64,000 bases of DNA, taken from assembly GCA_045604705.1 (NCBI GenBank), contig JAZUOO010000066.1, forward strand, positions 1,271 through 65,270, in the 5' to 3' direction. This DNA is from Eubacteriales bacterium. GTDB lineage: Bacteria > Bacillota > Clostridia > Oscillospirales > CAG-382. Positions 57,799 to 64,000 of the stretch are shown piece by piece. The translations under genes and the position numbers were made by a program. The notes beneath the pieces were generated by a model. The model made no database searches, had not been told where the DNA came from, and saw only the letters and a program-made list of their open reading frames with translations. How positions within the stretch are numbered: position 1 is the first letter of the stretch; each line of letters opens with the position of its first letter.

Positions 57799-58851
57799 TT
57801 AAATAAGTTTTATAAAAAGAATTGTATTTGGCATGACTTTGTAGCTTTCTGGGATATTGCCCTCGTAGACAAGCTCAAGGTCATGTTCCCGGTCAATCGC
57901 ATAAATTTCACATTTTTTGCCGAAAATGCCTTTGAGGTCAAAGACAAGCTCATGTTCTGTGTCTTCGTAAGGGTTGAAGCTTGCGAGCAAAAATGCACCT
58001 TTGTCATCGTTTTTTGCACCTATGACATAGACATGGTCTGCCGCGGTGTCGGAAGTGACCTCGATGCCGAGAGAGGAAATCTTCTCGAATGCTTCAAAGG
58101 CGAGACGGCATTTTTTGTTTTCTCCGTAGTTTTCCTTTCCGTAAATTGCAACATCGGCAGGAGTTTTCTGAAGCGAAATAAGGGATGCGACGGCAAAAGC
58201 GGCTTCCTTTGATTGAAGCTTTTGCGGGGCAGAGCCGGTTTGTGAACCGCTGTAGCACCATGATGTGATAATGTTCTCCGTTTCGCCAAAACCGTATTTA
58301 TCAAGCAGTGTGCGTGCCGCATAGGTGTAGTTCTGCAGTTGCTCTGCCTTTGAGGCACTTTTTTGCCAGGAGAAGAAGTCAAGCGGTACGCGTTTGTCGT
58401 TTGAGAGGTAATTCATAAATTCGTGAACGTAGTCTGAGACACAATTGTCAAAACCACCTGCACCAAGCTTTATGTCGGGAAAGTCTTTTTTGAGGTTCAG
58501 GACGGATTCGGCATAGATTTCAAAGAATTTACGGCAGGGGATGCTTTCAGTACCGTTGAGTGCACATATTTCGAAATATACTGCCCCTTTTTCAATACCG
58601 CCTTGGATGATGCTCCTGAACTTTTCCGTAAGGTCTTTGCCATTTGTACTGTCAGCGGGGAGTACCGTCACTTTTTTGCTGTCGGGGGCGGTTTCCGATA
58701 TTGTCTTGATTTTTCCGACCGGCTTTGTGAAGTCAACAAGTATTTTTTCCCTTTTATCCTGCGGCTTGTGTTCGCCGGAGTTTTCATAGTGTATAAGATT
58801 TTTGAGTGCTTCAAGCTCTTCGAGGGAGGCTATTTTTTTAAATTTGTCCAT
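57799..58851 (-). CDS. Hypothetical cytoplasmic protein (weak resemblance to part of a GH39-type TIM-barrel glycosidase)
   Basis: 350-aa ORF with clean protein-like composition. PLDFFSWQK resembles the DF.S.H.Y strand of GH39. No clear catalytic Glu seen. Confidence 0.6.
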   Translation of the reverse strand: MDKFKKIASLEELEALKNLIHYENSGEHKPQDKREKILVDFTKPVGKIKTISETAPDSKKVTVLPADSTNGKDLTEKFRSIIQGGIEKGAVYFEICALNGTESIPCRKFFEIYAESVLNLKKDFPDIKLGAGGFDNCVSDYVHEFMNYLSNDKRVPLDFFSWQKSASKAEQLQNYTYAARTLLDKYGFGETENIITSWCYSGSQTGSAPQKLQSKEAAFAVASLISLQKTPADVAIYGKENYGENKKCRLAFEAFEKISSLGIEVTSDTAADHVYVIGAKNDDKGAFLLASFNPYEDTEHELVFDLKGIFGKKCEIYAIDREHDLELVYEGNIPESYKVMPNTILFIKLI

Positions 58852-59071
58852 GATATTTGCTCCTTGGTTTTGAGTTTTTTATAAGTATAGCATATTTGGT
58901 AAGGGATTTCAAGGGGGAAGTTGGAGTTTTGGTTTTTGTATTGACATTTAGTGCAGGGGGTACATGATTCATAATTTGAAAAGTTCTTGGAAATTATAGA
59001 TAACACAGAAATTTAATTGCATAAGAAATTTGAAAAACAGCTTAAAAAGCTGACTCTTACAGAGCAGAAGA

Positions 59072-59116
59072 ATATAAAACAAAAGAACGGTTCCCCGAAA
59101 AAGGAGAGCCGTTCCT
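59072..59116 (-). terminator. Intrinsic terminator after the ferredoxin gene
   Basis: GAACGGTTCCCC (59085-59096) pairs with GGAGAGCCGTTC (59105-59116), one mismatch. The minus strand continues TTTTGTTTTAT. Confidence 0.65.
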
Positions 59117-59149
59117 TCATTATTGTAAGTTATGTACCGAGCCTTATGC

Positions 59150-59320
59150 TTATTCAGCCTTGGGAGCTTCAACGGGACAAGTGTCTGCACATGTGCCGCA
59201 GTCAACACATTCATCAGCGTTGATTACGTACTTGCCGTCCGCTTCGGAGATACATTCGGTAGGACAAGCGTCTGCGCAAGCGCCGCAGCCGATGCATTCG
59301 TCATTAATCTTGTATGCCAT
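59150..59320 (-). CDS. fdx: Clostridial-type 2x[4Fe-4S] ferredoxin (56 aa)
   Basis: The reverse complement reads MAYKINDECIGCGACADACPTECISEADGKYVINADECVDCGTCADTCPVEAPKAE, with two CxxCxxCxxxCP motifs. GGAGG RBS. Below the ORF-track cutoff. Confidence 0.9.
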   Translation of the reverse strand: MAYKINDECIGCGACADACPTECISEADGKYVINADECVDCGTCADTCPVEAPKAE

Positions 59321-59612
59321 TGCTATACACCTCCATGTTATTTTTCGTTTTATTATAACACATATTATTGCGTTTGAAAAGGGGTATTTATAAATTTTTT
59401 TGTCTTTTTGTTTAAATTTACGGGGATTTATCGACAGTTATGTGACAGTGTTCATTATCTGTTAACTTTTGTGTGTTATAATACATATTGTATTGGTATG
59501 TATATGAGAATGTTGGAAGAAATATGATGAAATAGAATTTAGGGTATAGGATTTAGGAACTAGGACCGGAGAAGGAAAAAAGCTTCGCTTATCCTAACCA
59601 AAAGGTGACTTT

Positions 59613-60953
59613 ATGAATATAAACATGTTTATGACAGAAGAAGAAAAAAAGCGAGTGGGTGTTCTGCTTGTTACGCTTTACCGTAATTCCTCGGACGAGG
59701 AAGCAGCAATGGCGGGAATTGAGGAACTGCGACTGCTTTGTGAAACTGCTCTTGAGGGCGAGTGCGGCATTGTAGAGTTTTATGTTATGACACAGGCGAA
59801 AAGCTCTCCCGAGGCGGCAACTTACATCGGCAGCGGCAAGGTGGAGGAAGCTGCAAGATTGTGCCGTGACAATGATATTTCGCTGGTGGTGTTTGATACC
59901 GAGCTTTCACCCTCGCAGATAAGGAACAATGAGGAAATTATATCTGCATTTTCCAAGGATAACTCCGACGTCAGGGTTATTGACAGGACTATGCTTATTC
60001 TTGATATTTTTGCAAAGCACGCGGTTACCGGTGAAGGTAAGCTTCAGGTTGAAATCGCACAGCTCAAGTACACTGCTCCGAGACTTACCGGTAAGGGTAT
60101 CGAGCTTTCACGGCAGGGTGGTACAAGCGGTGCGATAGGTGCAAGAGGTCCCGGCGAAACTAAACTTGAGACGGACAGACGTCACATAAGGAGAAGAATC
60201 GAGTCACTTGAAGCGCAGATAGCGGATATGGAAGCGGCGAGAAATATCAAGCGTTCCAAGAGGTCGGGAAGCGGTATTTGCAATATTGCCATTGTAGGTT
60301 ATACCAATGCGGGAAAGTCCACGCTTCTTAATTACCTCACAAATGCGGGAATTCTTGCGGAGAACAAGCTTTTTGCGACGCTTGACCCGACCACGAGAAA
60401 GTTATCTCTGCCCAGCGGCAAAGAGGTTTTACTGACGGATACGGTCGGATTTATCAACAATCTTCCGCACAGGCTGGTTGAGGCTTTTAAGTCTACCCTT
60501 GATGAGGTAAGATACGCCGATGTTCTTATTATTGTTGCGGATGCTTCCGATACGGACACCGAGAAGAAAATTGAGGTTACCGAGAAAATAATAAACGAGC
60601 TTTCGGCGGGCGGAAAACCTCAGATTCGTGTTTACAACAAGTGCGACGGGCTTGATTTTCTTCCCTACGGCGGTGACGAAGAAAGACTTTCCGAGATGTC
60701 GGCGGTTTGTATTTCTGCACTTACAGGCGCGGGTGTCGACAGGCTGCTTGAGATGATTGAGGATACGGTGAACTCTTTGACACGGGAGATGAAGTTTTTG
60801 TTTCCTTTTGACAATCAGAGTGCGGTAAACACCCTTTACAGACGTGCGAGCGTTATTTCCGTCGAGTATACCGACAAGGGTACTGAGGTTGTGGCACTTG
60901 TGGACACAGAGCTTGCGGGGAAATATGCTGAATATGAGGTTAAATCCGAATAG
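59613..60953 (+). CDS. hflX: GTPase HflX
   Basis: HflX N-domain (DRTMLILDIFAKHA ... GKLQVEIAQLKY ... GPGETKLETDRR) and G-domain GYTNAGKSTL, DTVGF, NKCD. Confidence 0.9.
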   Translation: MNINMFMTEEEKKRVGVLLVTLYRNSSDEEAAMAGIEELRLLCETALEGECGIVEFYVMTQAKSSPEAATYIGSGKVEEAARLCRDNDISLVVFDTELSPSQIRNNEEIISAFSKDNSDVRVIDRTMLILDIFAKHAVTGEGKLQVEIAQLKYTAPRLTGKGIELSRQGGTSGAIGARGPGETKLETDRRHIRRRIESLEAQIADMEAARNIKRSKRSGSGICNIAIVGYTNAGKSTLLNYLTNAGILAENKLFATLDPTTRKLSLPSGKEVLLTDTVGFINNLPHRLVEAFKSTLDEVRYADVLIIVADASDTDTEKKIEVTEKIINELSAGGKPQIRVYNKCDGLDFLPYGGDEERLSEMSAVCISALTGAGVDRLLEMIEDTVNSLTREMKFLFPFDNQSAVNTLYRRASVISVEYTDKGTEVVALVDTELAGKYAEYEVKSE

Positions 60954-61067
60954 TATTTTTGTTTTAGTAAAAATTTTAGTAAAAATGTTGACCTTTTTTG
61001 TTTTCGGCAGTAAAATTATTCGTAAGCAACAAGGATTTTTATAAAACATTGGAGGGTAAAAGACATT

Positions 61068-61913
61068 ATGACCCGAAAGCTCTTTTGTGAATTGCATCCA
61101 ATATGCTATAAAATTTCACATGAAAAAGAAATAGTAAAACGTCATTTTAAGAATGTATTCGGAAAAGTAAAAATTGCAAGATCAAGGGAAGAATTCGAAC
61201 TTCCGAATCTTGTAAAGTCACATACCTCCTTGCTTGTGAGAAGACTTTATGGGGTGGATATAAAGCTCCAGGAAAATAAGGTAACAAATATTATACTTGC
61301 CTGTAAAAGGCTAAATAAGCTGGTAATTCATCCCGGCGAGACTTTTTCGTATTGGACAACGCTCGGAAAACCTACAAAAAGACGAGGCTTTACGGACGGA
61401 CTTGTGATAGCAAAAAACGGGCTTACTTCGGGAATCGGAGGCGGTCTTTGTCAGATGGCTAATATGATTCATTATCTTATTCTTAACAGCCCACTTGAGG
61501 TAACCGAGCTTCATCATCATTCTGATTCACTGTTTCCCGATGAGAAAAGACGTGTTCCGTTCGGCACGGGTACGTCAGTTGCATACAATCACGTTGATTA
61601 CAGGTTCAAAAACACCACCGATTCGGATGTTCAGCTTCTTTTGTGGATTGAGGACGGCTATCTTTGCGGAGAGCTTAGAAGCGAAAAGAAATTTCAATAC
61701 AGATACAGACTTGTTGAGGAAAATCATTTCTTTGCCAAAGAGGGCAAGGATTATTACAGAAATTCCGAGGTCTACCGCCTTGTTATTGATAGAGAAACCG
61801 GTAAGGAAGTCGCAAGGGAGCTTATACTTAAAAATCATTCAAGGGTAATGTATGACCACAGTCTTATACCCGCAGAGCAGATAAGAGAGCAGGTGACGGC
61901 AAATGAAAGCTAA
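61068..61913 (+). CDS. VanW-domain protein
   Basis: PGETFSYWTTLGKPTKRRGF ... GGGLCQMANMIHYL ... HHHS, the VanW family core. GGAGGG RBS. Confidence 0.8.
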   Translation: MTRKLFCELHPICYKISHEKEIVKRHFKNVFGKVKIARSREEFELPNLVKSHTSLLVRRLYGVDIKLQENKVTNIILACKRLNKLVIHPGETFSYWTTLGKPTKRRGFTDGLVIAKNGLTSGIGGGLCQMANMIHYLILNSPLEVTELHHHSDSLFPDEKRRVPFGTGTSVAYNHVDYRFKNTTDSDVQLLLWIEDGYLCGELRSEKKFQYRYRLVEENHFFAKEGKDYYRNSEVYRLVIDRETGKEVARELILKNHSRVMYDHSLIPAEQIREQVTANES

Positions 61914-63351
61914 AGAAACTGCACTTTACAGAATCTGCGAATGTGCAAGGCGTTATCCTGACCGTATTGCTTACAGAGATGAAGAAGCAGAGTATACATA
62001 TTCGGAATTTATGGAAAGATGTGAAAAAATTGCAGGAAGCCTTTGCGGTGCCGATACCCCGGTAATATGCTACGGAGAGCGTGGTGCAGATATGCTTTGT
62101 GCGATGTTCGGATGCTATATTGCAAAAAGGGCATATATCCCGATTGAAAAAACAACGCCTTACGAGAGGGTAAAGAATATTATATCGCAGACCGGTACAG
62201 AAATTTTCATAAACTGCTGCGATGAAGACATAAGGTTTGACAATTGCCGTGTATACGGGATAAAAGAGATTGAAGCGTCGGAGCGTGCACCGCTGAGCGC
62301 CGATTTTGAAAATTTTGACGAGAACACAATTGTCTATATGATTTTCACCTCGGGAAGTACGGGAAATCCCAAGGGTGTGCCGATAAATGAACGGAATCTT
62401 GCAAGCCTTGTACGCTGGGCGAGAAGCATTTATTCCGATGAAAAGTATTGCGGAATAAACATTCTGGGTACTGCAAGTTTTTCCTTTGACCTTAGTGTTG
62501 CGGACATTTATCTGTCCCTTTGCTGCGGTAATACTCTTGTTTCCGTCGGAAGTGATGAAAAGGGAAGCAGCGAGAGAATGTGTGAGATTTTCCATGAATA
62601 TGATATAGATGTTGCTGTAATGACACCGACCTTTGCAAGAATTTGTCTTTTAGGAGGAAAATTCAATTCAGCAAGTATTCCGAAACTTAAAAGTCTATTT
62701 CTTTGCGGTGAGGTGCTTGATAAAAAGACTGCGAACAGGCTATTGACTAATTTTCCCAATCTTTCACTTATCAATGCTTACGGGCCAACCGAGGCGACGT
62801 GTGCCGTTTGTGCAATTGAAATAACCCATGAACACATAGACAGCGAGCTTGCACTGCCTGTTGGCAAGGTCGGTGCTTGTGCGTGCGATGTTGGAATATC
62901 CGACGAAAAGCTTCTACTTTCGGGTGACAGCGTGTTTTCCGGTTATCACGGAAACATTCCCGGCGGACATTTTGTGTGTGATGGCGTAAACTGCTATGAT
63001 ACCGGAGACCTCGGATTTATAAGAGACGGACTTATATACTGCACCGGCAGATGTGACGGACAGATAAAATTCAGAGGCTACAGAATAGAGCTTTCCGAGA
63101 TTGAAAGTGTTCTTTCGGGCCTTTGCGGAGTTCATGACTGTGCGGTTGTTGCCAAAAGGGCATCAGACGGGACGGTCAAGAGCATCCGTGCCTATGTCTG
63201 CACCGAGGGTGAATGGCTTACGGAGAACGAGCTTGTGACGGAGCTTTCGGAAATACTTCCCAATTACATGATACCGAGAATAATTATGCTTGACGAGCTT
63301 CCGATAAATCCCAACGGAAAGATTGACAGAAAGAAACTTTGCGAAATGTGA
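61903..63351 (+). CDS. dltA: D-alanine--D-alanyl carrier protein ligase-like adenylating enzyme
   Basis: MIFTSGSTGNPKGV, FSFDLSV, YGPTEAT, YDTGDLG, GRCDGQIKFRGYRIELSEIE, LPINPNGKIDRKKL. The order and spacing match DltA. The start overlaps the vanW-like stop by 11 nt. Confidence 0.8.
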   Translation: MKAKETALYRICECARRYPDRIAYRDEEAEYTYSEFMERCEKIAGSLCGADTPVICYGERGADMLCAMFGCYIAKRAYIPIEKTTPYERVKNIISQTGTEIFINCCDEDIRFDNCRVYGIKEIEASERAPLSADFENFDENTIVYMIFTSGSTGNPKGVPINERNLASLVRWARSIYSDEKYCGINILGTASFSFDLSVADIYLSLCCGNTLVSVGSDEKGSSERMCEIFHEYDIDVAVMTPTFARICLLGGKFNSASIPKLKSLFLCGEVLDKKTANRLLTNFPNLSLINAYGPTEATCAVCAIEITHEHIDSELALPVGKVGACACDVGISDEKLLLSGDSVFSGYHGNIPGGHFVCDGVNCYDTGDLGFIRDGLIYCTGRCDGQIKFRGYRIELSEIESVLSGLCGVHDCAVVAKRASDGTVKSIRAYVCTEGEWLTENELVTELSEILPNYMIPRIIMLDELPINPNGKIDRKKLCEM

Positions 63352-63360
63352 GGACGTAAT

Positions 63361-63594
63361 ATGATTGAGGTTAAAAAAATGCTCGCCGAGATATGCGAGA
63401 GTGATAAGGTTTATGATAGCGACTTTGACCTTGTGGAAAGTGGAATACTTGACTCTCTTGCCTTTATAGAGCTTTTTGAACGACTTGAGGACGAGGGCAT
63501 TGAGATTGCTCCCACGAGAATTGACAGGGATATGCTCAGGACGTCGGGAAAAATTGAAGAGCTTGTAAGAGAATATCAGGACACCGAGAAATAA
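63361..63594 (+). CDS. dltC: D-alanyl carrier protein-like acyl carrier
   Basis: 77 aa with GILDSLAFIELF (phosphopantetheine Ser context), directly after the dltA-like gene. Confidence 0.75.
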   Translation: MIEVKKMLAEICESDKVYDSDFDLVESGILDSLAFIELFERLEDEGIEIAPTRIDRDMLRTSGKIEELVREYQDTEK

Positions 63595-63667
63595 GAGTGT
63601 AAATTTGAAAATTGTCAAAAAGCTTTATGCATATTTTTTGACAGATATTGGAGAGGAGGAGTTTTTT

Positions 63668-64000
63668 GTGAAAAAGTGGTTGTATGGATTTTTGATTATG
63701 GTATGTTCAGTTGTGATTCTGTCTTTTTCTGCTTATGCTTTGGAGGAGGAAAGGGTAAAAGTTGAACTTCCGAAATTTGATATTACACTTAACGGTATAA
63801 AATACGACGGTAAAGACGCAAAATATCCGATAGTGGTATATAAGGATATAACCTATATTCCGGTTGAGGATATGCATTCGGATTATAATTATATGTCATG
63901 CCTTGGGTTTGTCTGCGGTGAAAACAAATCTTACTCAAAATACAAAAAGCTGTTTGTGAGAAATCTTCTTCTGGAGAAAAATATCCCGGAAGAGATTGTT
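63668..64000 (+). CDS. Secreted protein, N-terminal part (continues beyond window), same ~50-aa module family
   Basis: GTG 63668 after GGAGAGGAGGA. Signal peptide, then FDITLNGIKYDGKDAKYPIVVYKDITYIPV. No stop before the window end. Confidence 0.6.
   Translation, partial: MKKWLYGFLIMVCSVVILSFSAYALEEERVKVELPKFDITLNGIKYDGKDAKYPIVVYKDITYIPVEDMHSDYNYMSCLGFVCGENKSYSKYKKLFVRNLLLEKNIPEEIV

Noticed and set aside
59498-59527. 9-codon uORF MYMRMLEEI in the hflX leader, considered as a stalling leader peptide
   Set aside because: There is no RBS and no obvious downstream terminator or antiterminator pair, so it cannot be supported from sequence alone.

Overview
The window looks like chromosomal DNA from a moderate-GC Firmicute of the Clostridia type. 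That assignment is an inference from gene content: PPDK, ApgM-type phosphoglycerate mutase, a clostridial 2x[4Fe-4S] ferredoxin, and the mnmE/rsmG/parB-like set. Most of the window is ordinary housekeeping: ppdK, uppP, ftsK, mfd, a prsA-like gene, holA, mnmE, secG, a split chrA pair, tadA, mscS, rlmB, rsmG, nrnA, fba, comEC, hflX and dltA/dltC.

The stand-out is a roughly 12-kb insert between nrnA (ends 37645) and fba (ends 50422). It has four parts:
- A host-consensus promoter followed by a leader containing terminator-like hairpins.
- Eleven co-directional phage-like genes: small and large terminase, portal, scaffold, a capsid candidate, and three large proteins I cannot assign. There is no integrase, replication, lysis, regulator or recognisable tail gene.
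- A self-contained 37-codon peptide transcription unit.
- A G+C-richer, ORF-free segment of about 330 nt whose ends can pair, which is a candidate structured RNA or MITE-like element.

The insert is bracketed by imperfect direct repeats beginning TGTCCACTTTTTT and by TTATGCA-type heptamer arrays. A third, inverted copy of the repeat lies 5.6 kb downstream.

Other points worth a second look:
- A 922-aa membrane protein laid out like a P1B-type ATPase but lacking every catalytic motif.
- A ComEC with a degenerate metallo-beta-lactamase (MBL) tail, plus a separate intact MBL protein elsewhere in the window.
- A vanW-dltA-dltC block with no dltB or dltD in view.
- A family of secreted proteins sharing a ~50-aa module.
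- An orphan terminator-bounded transcript upstream of comEC.

I saw no rRNA, tRNA, CRISPR array or transposase. All protein-family calls rest on motifs read by eye; no database search was run.
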